Positions 39,799 to 52,018 of a stretch of DNA of 64,000 nucleotides are shown here, piece by piece. Source of the stretch: Auanema rhodensis. Its lineage: Eukaryota > Animalia > Nematoda. The stretch lies in assembly GCA_964057225.1 (NCBI GenBank), contig OZ059899.1, positions 6,386,001 to 6,450,000 of the forward strand, in the 5' to 3' direction. Position 1 is the first letter of the stretch; every line of letters begins with the position of its first letter. The notes under the pieces were generated by a model. That model worked only from the letters and a program-made list of their open reading frames with translations, did no database searches and was not told the origin of the DNA. The translations under genes were made by a program, and so were the position numbers.

Positions 39799-41317
39799 TC
39801 ATTATCACTTTTATCGTCTTCATCATCATCTTCACAATCATCATCATGATCATCATCGACAATGTTTATCGATTGTTATATATAACCTGTTCTCTAAACA
39901 TTTCTAAATTCTACCACTTTCAACCCTCTGGCACTCTGGTAGCATCTGTAAACCCTGTTAGCCACCTTACAATCTAGTATACTATTGCCCATTACCCTGT
40001 TGATTTTATTACTGATTATGCTCAATAATAGATATAGTTTATGCTTGAATAATCGTATCAATATACTACAACATTACGAAAGTAATGTTCCTCTTTGCTA
40101 CATTTAGAACGTTATTAGAAAACTATTACTACAATTATATTCATATCTGCTCTTTCTTAAAATTCTCGTTTTCTCAGCTCTATTCATTGAATATCTACGG
40201 TTCCGGGTTTTGAGATCGAGATAAAGTTGAAGTAAAATGTAGGTTATTTAGAAAATGTGTATTAAGTTCTTCAAAATGACATAGTTAGTAAAAGAGAACC
40301 GGGAATTTTTTTTGGTTTGCACATAGTGCAAGAACTGATGTAGTGCAAAATAGGGGCTGAACCAAGTAGAATAATCAGTTTTCTCCACCTTTTTGCACGT
40401 TTTTTTCCCTTGCTACTTCATTCACTCATATTCTACTTTCTTTGGTTTCTGGTTTGTAAACCAACCATAATAAATTCAGACATTGGTTTGTACAATATTA
40501 GGCTATTACTACCATTTCATTTTAAAATGTTATTGGCAGCCACAGACTTTGCTCATGTGAAGAAGCATATTATGATCAAATCGTCATAATGCCTTGAAAA
40601 TAAAACGCATTTTCTCCCAAATTTTCGTTTTCTTTCCATCTTATTTTCATCAATATTTATCGTTTTTCCCTTTTTATTTTTTTTATTTTGTCCATATTCT
40701 GGTCGATAAATAACAACTCCAACAAGCCGATATGTACTGCGAGGCCTCAACGGCCAAGTACATGTTTTCTGCTTCGCACTTTGCTTTTCATTCGTCTATT
40801 CGTACACATAACAAACATCAGAACATCACACTTGCACAGTGATGTCGATTGTCGTAGACGGCCTTAGACTATCCAATTTGATCCTTGAGTCTTGGATTAA
40901 TATATGGCATTTTTGGTCTTCACTTCCTCCAACTATTTAATTTTTTTTTGTTATTATTATGAGGAAGAAATTTTTGATGTTTTATTTCTTTTTTTAATGT
41001 TTCATGTTTCAATATATTCAATTCCATATCTATAATATAAACGAATAATTTCGTGGGCGATGTTTAGAATCTTTCAGTGTATTATCTTGTAAATATGGTA
41101 GTATCAGACATTTCTTTTTATGCTTAACTTTGCTGTTTCAAAAATTATACACAGATTCAACCCTCTTATCATTTTGTCTCGTCTTCTAGTCTGTTTAGTT
41201 CACTTTGGCTTTTAATTACAAATTTTCGCACCCTCTTGATCTTTCAATCTTCCTTTTGAACCTCATTTCTAACGAACTCGCAATTTCCGTGTGAGATTTA
41301 CTAAGATCAGCCTTAAA

Positions 41318-41609
41318 CAGCTGATCGCCCCGGTCTCTGTTTTGGCTCCTCCTCCGCACCATTTTCCGCGCCCTAAGACAAACGCGCCGCGTGCATTTAT
41401 CGTCAACAGCGTATTTCATGAGCACAAAATATGAACCTGCCGTTAGGTAGTGTTCGCCGCCCGGATATAAGTGCATATATCCCCTTCGGCGCTCGCGTAC
41501 GAACAGCTGGTACGCCTTATACTCATACTGGGAACGTCAGATATCGGGGACTCGTATTGATTGCGTGGGTCTAGTTGGGCTAGTACGCAAGGCGCGAGGT
41601 GATCAGCTG
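41318..41609 (-). ncRNA. RNase MRP RNA (about 290 nt)
   Basis: Minus strand. Terminal helix P1: CAGCUGAUC (41609-41601) with GAUCAGCUG (41326-41318). P2: CACC (41601-41598) with GGUG (41360-41357), preceded by CR-IV-like GGAAAAU. P3 hairpin with internal loop (UUGCGU/ACGCAA, CUAG/CUAG). CR-I GAGUCCCCG (GUCCCCG at 41551-41545) pairs with CR-V ACAGAGACCGGGGC (CGGGGC at 41332-41327), giving the MRP-type P4 with a bulged U. Long helix UAUGAGUAUAAGG/UUUUGUGCUCAUG encloses three hairpins. Strongly GC-enriched relative to the flanks. Confidence 0.82.
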
Positions 41610-41944
41610 ACCGACTATTGCGCTCCCCTCAACCCGGTTTACACTTAGAGTTTTGATTAAATTTCTCGTTTTGCGTTTTATTTTTCTTTCATCAGCTCAT
41701 TTTCTGAGTACAAACTTCGTTTACTTGGCTATATTCGATTAGACTTTCTGTTTTGTTTTTGGCATTGACTACGACCGCGTCGCTTGCCTGTCTGTCTCTT
41801 ATTAGCAGCTCTTGTTTTTTCTATGGAATGGCTTACCTATTTTTAATTTCCATGTTTTAGACGTTACGTCTCCATGCTTTGAAGTTTACGTATTTCTTAT
41901 ATTTGGCCAAAATTCCGCGACTAATCACTGTCGTCATTGTGACG

Positions 41945-44151
41945 ATGCTCTTCTTTACATCCGTTATCTTGTTCATGACAACGATTGCACAAGAAGTAAT
42001 TTCTCAATACAGCGTTGAAGTTGTAAGTGAAAAGTTTATGTTCAGCTGAAACAGGACTGTTTAGGTTCACGAGTCTTCAGGAGTACGCAGACCTGTTTTG
42101 CGCTGTGAAGCAACAGGAGCTTCTTTCGGTACTGATGTAGCCACATTTTCTTTCGGAAAGCATTCTGCTGGATGTGCAGTTTTTACGAATCCAGAGCATG
42201 CATGTTCCGAAGTGGAAGTGAGACATTTTCTTATTTTTCTGATGACTATAACTTTATTTTATAGTTTACTCCGTATTCAAATTCTACTGTATGTGATAAC
42301 TACTTTGCTATTGTTCCTAGAGGAAAATGTAACTTTTCCGAAAAAGTGAGTGTTCAATCAGATTGAAATTAATTTAATTCCCGATATTAAAGGCTTACTA
42401 TGCTCAAAGTTCTACTCCAATCAACGTAGCTGCTCTGATTATCTTTAACGAAGCTGGAAAAGCTCCAGTTGATATGAATGGTGGAAAATTTGCAGACAAA
42501 GTGAAACTAAAGTTTAATTTTCTTATTATAATTTATTAAAATTCAGGTTCACATTCCGCTTGTTATGGTTAGTTATTCATGTATGGAAACCATGATGAAT
42601 AGCTACCCACCAAGTAAAGGGTTAGTGAAATCAAATACATATCATCATTTAAATAATTATTTCAGTTATCTAGTTCAAATCAAGATTTCGCCTGGATATT
42701 ATGATCTTTTCCGCTACCTTATTCCATTTGTTGTTGTTGTCGGTTTTTGTTTCTTCATTTTGTTAACTAGTTTGGTGAGTTCGAAGGTTACGACTTTATA
42801 CATAAGCAATATGCTTTATAGGCTGTTCGGTTGTGTCGTGAACGTCGTCGTATATCTCGTAAACGTCTCTCAAAGAGAAATCTGAAAAAGATTCCAACTA
42901 AAAAATATAGAAAAGGTAAGCTTTAGTTCAAGTAAAATAATTATAATAGTTCCATTTAGATGACGAACCCGACACATGTGCCATTTGTTTAGATGAATTT
43001 ATTGACGGAGAGCGTCTTAGAGTATTACCTTGTCGTCATAGTGAGTTTTTCTTTAATATTTTGCACAAATCATGCTATCCTATTTTATTAAACTATATAA
43101 ACAACTTGTAATTATGTTCACGTGGTATTTACGTGTTTTTTTTATCATTTTTATACTGTGCAAAGTAAAAGAGTGGTTGAAATTTATCTTTTCATTAATG
43201 TACTTTTCAATCCTGTTTTTCAGCATATCACTGTAAGTGTATTGATCCATGGTTAACACAAAATCGCAAGGTTTGTCCAATGTGCAAACGTCGAGTTGGA
43301 GCTAAAAATTCCGATAGCGAATCTAGTGATGATGAAAGAACTCAAGTAGGATCTAGCGACAAATATATAAACAAATCTTCAATTGTTTTTTAGCAACCAT
43401 CCACAGCTACATCTACTACAGAAATTTCATCAACCTCTGAAGCATTGCCATCAGTTGTTTTGGTTGCCGATGAGTCCCGTAAGTCGAATAAAAAAAATGT
43501 CACTTTTTACCAATAAGTTTAGAAACTCCAACCGTTTCAAACGTTCGTGCCGATGTACATCACCATGGCCTGGGTGGCTCCACTGAACAATTGGTTTATG
43601 ATGACTTCCTAGTTCACCCAGAAGCTCAGAGGTACAACTGTTGTTAGAAGTTTAGACTAAACATTTGCTTTTTTTCCAGTGATGACGAAGATGAACCCAC
43701 TTTCTCACAATCGATTAAAAAGAAGTTTCGTGATTTATTCCAGGGTAATACAGGAGCAGAACCAATACCGTCCGAATCGGATGAGGTATGAAATTGGTTT
43801 TATACTTAGTGTTTATGTTTTGTTTTGTTTCAGGAGAGTGGACAAGTAAATCCTGGTTATAATGGAAGCCGATTTAGTTTAAATAATATGCACGAAGATT
43901 CTGATAGCAGAGCTGGTTCATCTGCGAATATGAACGAACAGCAGCAACAGCAGCAGCCGTTGCAACAACAACAACAACAACAACAAGAGCCTTCGAGGTG
44001 AATTCTTATTTTCAATTAAATGAATTAGAAATAATAATTTTTATTGTTGTATTTTGAACTCATGAATCATTTCAGTTCTGCCGCTGCTACTTCAACAGGC
44101 TCTGCTAACAACGAGCAGTTCAATGATCCATTCGAATCGAATCAAAGCTAG
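41945..44151 (+). CDS. PA-TM-RING-H2 E3 ubiquitin ligase, RNF13/RNF167 (Goliath/Godzilla) family, about 479 aa
   Basis: Exons 41945-42022, 42065-42217, 42265-42345, 42393-42500, 42547-42620, 42666-42774, 42822-42915, 42960-43040, 43224-43345, 43394-43478, 43523-43631, 43680-43785, 43834-43997, 44076-44151 (1440 nt). Signal peptide [15 protein letters not shown]; PA domain ([40 protein letters not shown]); [24 protein letters not shown]; RING-H2 [42 protein letters not shown]; Ser/Gln-rich tail. The frame is open back to the acceptor at 41860, so an upstream start exon is possible. Confidence 0.93.
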
Positions 44152-44875
44152 TTATTATACAATATATCACGGGGGATTTAATTTTTCCGATGAAATTCAA
44201 TTCTAGTGCCTCAATTCGGTTGGTGCTCCTAGTCAATCGTTCTTGTACAGTTTTGCGATTATTTTACAATCAGTTATTGTGGGTTGATGTTTTATAGCGG
44301 GCTTTGTTCAAATCTAGTTCCATCATCCTCATATTTCTAGTGCACGAATTGCTAGTTTATTCATCGTAATGACCTAGTCTATTTTTTCATCTCAACCTAT
44401 TCCGTTATCAGCTCTGGGTTTTCTTTTTTTCAAACGCTCTACTATTACTACCTTTATCTGACACTGGCCATTCTGCTTTTATCTATTCCGTACACTCAGC
44501 ATGTTACTGTAAAGATTGTACGTATTTTGTCTATGCTTTCATAATTTTTGCGAACTCCGTTGCTCCAAATTTAATTGTACGCACCGGTGCTTTTAGAAAC
44601 TAACGTTTTCCTAATTTGTTAAGCATAAGTTTTAGGTCTATAAGACTAATTATTTGTGTATTTTAAAGTGATTACGTGTCTTTCACTCGTATAAAGATTT
44701 ATATACATTATATATAAGTTGTTTTGTACATTATTAAAGCATTTCAATAAGAAAGACGAAAGGATATGACATGCTCTTCTTGACAAGTAAGATATCCCTG
44801 ATGATCGTCTTGACCAGATTGTTGAGATCTGTAATTGAGCTTTCGTTAACGATGTGACTACAAAGAACAGCTACC

Positions 44876-47800
44876 TCAGGGTTGGCTAGATAAAATGAAT
44901 GTTGCCATGTTTTTGCACATATCAACTGCTTTTTGTCCTGCTAGATGGAAGATCAATTGCTCTGCCAATCTGGTTTCTATGGTGCGGAACCTCCTTGAAT
45001 CCGAAGGCTAAATTGAAAATGAATTAAATAGATCAAAAGTTTTCTATGTAATACACACATTATATGAAGGACTTGGCATTATAAAACATCGTTGCAAAGT
45101 ATTCATCTTGATTATTATGATGCCCTGAAACAAACCAGATAGGAGAAAGTATTAAAGTTAAAACGAGTTAAATTTTTTTACTTTACAACCTCGTTTTACC
45201 ACTATTCTACTAAAAAACAAAAACTGGTTGACCGTTCTGATTATCATAAATTCAAAATCATTTAAAAATAAAAGACAAGTATGGACGAACCTTTTCGGGT
45301 ATAGCCATACGTTCAGAAGCAATTGCGGGAACCTACAACAAGTTGTTATTTAGTTTTTGACCACAAAATACTTCATGTTTGATTTTTGTTTATAAGCTTT
45401 TAAAAAAAAGAAAAATAAGCAGAATGATGGAGGGGTAAGATGAAAAAAAAAATATATATATATTCAGATGTAGTTTATTCATATAATATATAGTTTTGTT
45501 TAACAAAATTGAAAGTTCAGACAACGTTATAGTCAGCTGTGTATTGTCATTCAATATTATTTGTCTATTTTTGATTTTTATATTGTGTCTTTCTTTTCTG
45601 TTTTTTAATCACTTCATATATAAAAAAGAAATATTGTTATCATATTATGTCTCTATCAGCTATTTTAGGTACTATGTTAAACTGGGTATTGACTATTTCA
45701 GCTAAAATACAATTTTCGTGAATGTTGATATGTTCCTGGTCAAAGCTCAACACTTCTCGATGTCAAAGATGAAGAAGAATAAAAAAAAGAAAGATGATTC
45801 AGAAAATTGCAAAAGGTCATCTGACAAATGATGTTTGATTATCAACCCGAAAACTGTACAAATGATGAGATATTCTGCTGAGAACGGAAGAAACAATAGT
45901 GAATACATTGTCAACTCATTGATACCAGGACGAATGACGAGTATTCATCAATCTTGTGTCAAGCATTCTCATCTGGATCTCAACTTCTACCAGTATTAAT
46001 GAAAAATCTAAATTGCATAGTGGAGTAGATGTTCCTGATTTTGTAGTTTACAGTCTGTAGGATACAGAAGCTGTTAACACAGTTGAGGTCAATCAAAACT
46101 GCGAAGGGAAACAATTGATATTGGTCATTGACGCATGATCGGATGATAGTTGAATAGTAGAATTAAAAAAAAAGATGTTCGTGTAAATAGAAATGATAGT
46201 AATTTATCTTTAGACTGATAAATGAACATTAGACCTGGATTTTTAATAATGATAAGAGATACTATTCAACGAATTGCTCAAGAATATTTCCAAATTTGTG
46301 TTTTACGCTAGTTAAATGAATTGAAAACGGAAGTGAAAGTGTAGACTACATTAGCTTTCCTGTTGATTCAATAAAATACATCAGGCTAGATACTTTGTTA
46401 ATGGTCATCATTTTTAAGAAAAATCACCAAAATCATAAAAATATTAAGAATTAACTAATTATATAATTTATGATAGTTAATGCTATAATATATATAACTA
46501 TTCCTTATAAAAATTTTATGTTTACTCAAAATAAGAAGATTGTTTATATAGTTGATAAGAAACTAAAATGTATTTAAATAAAATACATATGTATATATAT
46601 ATTAACTTAATTATATCAAGAACAAATTATAGATATTCAGAAATTTGTGTTGAAATAACAACAAAAAACATATCTAAAAGACAGACAAATATATTCTTTT
46701 CATAAAAAAATATTAGAATATTAATTTCGTTTTTTTTCTCACGTAAAAAATATTCACGTATCATTTTATTGTTTTTGGTATTGTAGACGCTACCTACAGG
46801 TTGTATATAACATTCTATACAAACGTTAAAGCTGAGAAAAATGTAGTTTGATTATATAATAAAATTTTAAATTATTCAGTTTTCAATACATAATCTAAGT
46901 AGAAATTATTTCTTTTTCTCATTTTTAACGAACCTTATTAGCAAATTCCATTGGCTTCCAGTCATGTGCACATGTAACTCCAGTATACATATAGTTTGCA
47001 ACAAGAAAAGTTAAAACAGCCGAAATACATGTTATACATATAGCTACTATCGTGAAACAACAGTAGCTTGTATCTGATTTCTAAAAGAAAAAGAAAATTA
47101 CAAGACAAATAATCAATATTTTGATTTTTTTAAGGGAAAATTGTAAATGAAGCTAATGTTTTGCTTTTTTTAAACAATTGCCTTATTCAAATAAATGAAG
47201 CGCAAAAGAAAAAATTAAAAGAAAGTCGAAATAAAGAAGTTGAGGGAGAATAAGGTCAATAAAAATATTCAAAAAATTAATTTTTTTGTTTTTGTAAAAA
47301 AATTATGTTCTCAATATTTAAAATAATCCTTTTTATTGATTTTTTAATTCAAATTAAGAATTAACTATAAAATTAATGTGACATAATATACAATGAATTT
47401 TAATCTAAACAAGTACAACTGATGAAAAATAAAATAAAATTTCAAGGATGTTTGAATCTGCTTAATGAAGTACATGTAGGAAAATGACAATAAAACATTA
47501 AATTAATTAAAAATACTTATAAAAGAAGAATTAAAACTTTATTATAAATAATGTTAATTAGCTTCTGATTTCAAAAATGTTAAAAATCTCAAATATTTTA
47601 ACCTATATCTGTTTAAAAAGAATTTATCGCAAAAAAGTGATATAGGAAGATGACGTGGGTGAAGAAATGATTCTTTCTCTGATTTCTGATGTTGAATTAC
47701 TTTGGAAGCCGCAAAAAATTGAATTGTTTTCGAAAAATGAAAGGAAAGAAGAGATCGGATATTATTTGGCTAGTTTAGACAATGCTGGACATTGTGGCAT

Positions 47801-48121
47801 TGAACGTGTTGTGTGTTAGAGGAACACAAAGCCAGTATTTGAAGCTTATATATAGAAATATATTTGAGATACTTGATCATATAAATATTTGAGAAAAAAT
47901 ACGAAAAAAGGGGAATGAATGTACGAGAGATAACCCCAAAAAATATAAATAAAGGAACTTTTTAAAAGCGTTGATCTTGAACCTAGACAGGTGATAATAC
48001 GTGAAATATAGAAGAATGACATCCAGTGTACCAGGATGAGAAGGAATATTTTTTAATAATAAGTGAATACTACTTGTTGATATAGGCTCACCTCTTCAAG
48101 ATTAGATGCGTTATCCTTCAT
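44876..48121 (-). CDS. Small BRICHOS-like domain protein (at least 89 aa; 5' end uncertain)
   Basis: Minus-strand phase-0 exons 48121(48136)-48092, 45332-45291, 45124-45059, 45007-44876 (TGA), all GT-AG. Translation: MKDNASNLEE|VPAIASERMAIPEK|GIIIIKMNTLQRCFIMPSPSYN|PSDSRRFRTIETRLAEQLIFHLAGQKAVDMCKNMATFILSSQP*. The pattern G-hhh-K..RCFIMP ... G....MC...TFIL with two Cys resembles BRICHOS. The last three exons are better supported than the first. Confidence 0.68.
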
Positions 48122-51100
48122 AGTAGTATTAGAGTTCTGAATGAAAGTCGCGATGTGGCTACGAGCAGATGACAAGAAAGGCGATGAATCCCGTTTGTGT
48201 TTCTTCGTCTATTTGACTGGTCGACAGTCTGTAGATTGTCCAACACCTCTTGTCTTCTAGTCTCTCTTTCTATCTCTCTCTCTACTCCCTTTAACAGCAC
48301 CCAGACAGTTGTGAAATTCTCTGTACCGCCCATTGTTATGATCATTTCTGATGTGTTCTTGTGATTATCATGATAAGGTAAAGAATGGAGCGTTGAGGCT
48401 ACATGAGGTGATTTAATAGAAGTTACCGATAATTGGGAATCCGATGTAAAGCGGAGTGGCAAGACTAATTCATGTTATTCAGAAGTCTTTGTTATGAGAG
48501 ATGATATAGAATCAAGATGATGAACATAATTACAAAGATACGTTTATAAAATGTTTCTTCATCTTTTGTTCTTCTTTTTCTCTTTGTCATTTACTCTCAT
48601 TTATGTTAAAAGTCGTATTGCCCTCCCTTTTCTCTCTCTATCTTATCTTAAGAACAAGAAAAGGAGGAATAATGAGAGAAAGTGGCAAAAGAAAGAATAC
48701 AGAATGCCCTTAGCACATTAGAAGCCATTTGTATAGATACTATCCTCTTTCTTATTTGATTGTGTATCTTTATGTTGTAACAATTTCTTCGGTGGCAAGA
48801 AGAAGCGACCATAAACGGGAATGTGACCACGAGGACTAATGATTGTCGGGGGTTAGAAAAGAATGAAACAAAGAATATCATATATTCTCTCTGTTTCTCA
48901 TTTAGTTTTATTCTCTTTGTCACTCTCTTCTATTCGTTTAATCTATAGCTTCATGTTATTCTCTCAAAACGATATGCTTTACTGTCATCAGCATACACGT
49001 TCATCGTTAAACTTGGCTATTGTGGTATTGGACATTGGAAAAACAATTGCTTTTGTTTGGTGAGTAACATTGAAGAATAATTACTCAAACTCCTCTTTAG
49101 ACCATTTTTTTTGAAACAAATTGTTAAATACATGTAATTGACATTGTCAAGATGAATCATAAGTTTTATAAAGTAATCCTTTTGTGTCTTTTATTCGATA
49201 AATATAATCAATATGGTTTTATTTTTTTTCATTGAAATACATAATGTTAGATAAATCCTCATTTACTCAGGAAACTAGTCAAAATTCTAAAACGGGAATA
49301 ATATAGAAGAGTCATCAAGAGTTATTTTCTTAGACCAGTATAGGTTCTGATTCAGGTTCTTCTCACTACTTGTCGAGAGGTTTTCAGTAACTTCGAGCTG
49401 AAATCAGGTTTCAGCTTAATCAAGTTTATTGCATAAACGAAAGTTTCTTTCTCGAAAAAAATAATAATATTCAAAAATATAATTATGAGCTGTCAAGAAA
49501 TTAATTTAAACCGCACAAACAAACATATGTTTATTTCATCGTTTTAGAAATTTAAAAATCGAATGTGCTAGTTGACATAATTATAAACACCTAGAGAAGA
49601 TCGAAATCAATGTTCTTCTATGATTGAAATGTTCTAGTTGGCAGAAAAAAAATTTATAAACACGGTAATCATTAATCATATTGTCAAGTTTAGCATCATA
49701 TGTTTCTAATCAGACGTTGAGAAACACGAGACATTTACTATCTATCTGTATCTCAAGAAATAATCTTAGATTGTAGACTAAATAAAACATTAATGTTTGA
49801 TGATATTTGAACCAGATGACCATACATAGTATCAGCTGATTATCCAAAAAAATTTTTTAAAAAGAATATCATGATCAACTTCAAATATATTCTAACACAT
49901 ACATACACATATCTATCGTCTTTGGTGTTGTTTGACGAATGCGGAAACATTGCGTGATTCTCTATTTTTAATTAAAAAAAGATAAAAATAGATAAAAGAA
50001 AAAAAAAGGAATTTCTATGAAATATCAGTAGTGATAAGATCAATCACTTTCACTAAATGGCCAATGCGGTTAATTCTCATATAGTTTGTCAAGTTTTCAA
50101 TTACATTTAGGCTTCACAAACTCCAAATATTGTATTCAAACGAATTTTAATTCTATTCAATATGCACATTTGATATCAATGTTCTCAGCTTGTAAGGAAC
50201 ATCGGAGAGATTTCTTTAAAAATTCTAAGAATAGAAAAATGAATAGAAACTTTACACTTGTCAACTTAAACCTGGAAGTTTAAAAATGCTGTTTTATATA
50301 AATTCTTGAGTTATCTCATTGTTAATCAACAAAATAATTTTAGAAAGCATTTTTTGTTTATGTTTTTTCTTAAAATTCCAAGAAAAGGAATTCATTGTGT
50401 AGACTAGACATACACACATGCAGTTTTAGTTTGCAATCTTATTCTGTTTTACATTTTTGCATAACCGTAAATCTATATAATTAGTATAGTATATTTGAAA
50501 GAAGATAATAATAATCTATATAATGATAAATAGTCTTTTCTATTCTTTATATAATTTTTTTGTTTATTCAGAGACCAAATAGCATTGTGAAATTGAAATA
50601 AATATATCCAAATGGTACATTATGTGTCATGCTTCTCTTCATTGTATTCACATTTGTAATGGCTCTTTCATATATCCGATCCTCGTTTCATCAGTTTTTT
50701 CAAGCTTTAAAACTTATTTTTCTGCTCAGGAAATATACAATTGTTACCTTATAGCTGCAATAACAAATATTTTGTTCTGTAAAATATTTATTGAATTTAT
50801 TCCAGGTTTATAGTTCCTAACTGATCCTAGCCAATTCATTCATGATCGTACTTGTGCATTTTATATACAAGAAATATATAGCCTTGTATTCAAAGTACAA
50901 TCTTTTGAAAAAAAAAGAAAGAAGGAAACTCTTTATTCTCAAAAGTCTCTTATGTGTCTCACTCCGTCTCTCTCTCTCTCCCCCTCTCTCTCTCTTTAAG
51001 ATATAATTTTTCATAAAAATAAGTTTCCATTTTTTCGTTAAGGAATCCTTATAATATATTTTCGTTCCAGGTGATAAATAGCCTTGTTCTTTCATTGGAA

Positions 51101-51976
51101 TATTTCCCATTTTTCATCACTCTCTCTCTCTCTTTAGTGAAATTCATTTTTATATGAAAAAAAATCGATTGTCGTAGAAATCGTGCGAAAAAAACAAAAA
51201 ATATAGGAAATTGCTTGTTGCTCAACATCATCTCATACTGTCAAACAAGAAACTCTTCTCTTTTAATGGCTTTATGTGCTTTTTCTGCTAATTTTATTTG
51301 ATATTTATCTTAAAAGATATTAAAATATTATTTTCATTTAATCATTTCAACACTTTATATGTTTTTAGTTCTTTCCTATTTAGCTTTTGCTGAAATTGCA
51401 CAAGATGAAAATGATAGACTTACTTATATTGAACATGCTCTGTGTGTGTGTGCCTCTCTCTTTCTCTTATCGTATTCAAGTCATTTTTAGTTTTTATTAG
51501 CAATGATATAATCATCTACGGCTTAAATATGGACATTTGAATCATTTTTAGATATAAAATACATAAATGAATGAATTTTGATCCAAAAGGCTTTTTGCAA
51601 TCTCCGTCTATTTGTTCTTATTGATCCAACGTTTTTATTAGTCTTTCATATATATTCAGATTCAGAATATAGTAGCATAGGTAATATCTATTCAAATTTA
51701 TTTAAAAAAAAGAAAAAGACGAGGATTGATGATGAGAGGTGAGAAAATTATAGTCAGAGGATATCAAACGAAATGAATTTGAAGGATGAATTAATGGGAA
51801 TAGCGTTAGCTATTTCGGACTTTGCAGTGAATTTTTTGAATTTTATTTTTTCTAATGAAAATTCATATAAATTAAAATTAAAATACACGAAAAGAAACAA
51901 AATTTATAATTTTTTCTTGCATATAAGGTATTCTTGAGGTTGTTTGTCATTTGCATTAGAACGTTAATGTCACAAC

Positions 51977-51981
<5 letters not shown>

Positions 51982-52015
<34 letters not shown>
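51982..52015. repeat. (AT)n microsatellite
   Basis: Perfect AT run. Confidence 0.95.

Positions 52016-52018
<3 letters not shown>

Noticed and set aside
41216-41476. 86-aa minus-strand ORF
   Set aside because: A by-product of the GC-rich MRP RNA gene, with no protein features.
41300-41646. Intronic telomerase RNA on the + strand (structured island, terminal ACA, CCCTAA)
   Set aside because: No 1.5-repeat template for TTAGGC or TTAGGG and no properly placed H box; the minus strand fits RNase MRP much better.
44734-44925. 63-aa minus-strand ORF
   Set aside because: Wrong frame; it overlaps the last exon and 3' UTR of the BRICHOS-like gene, which stops at 44876.
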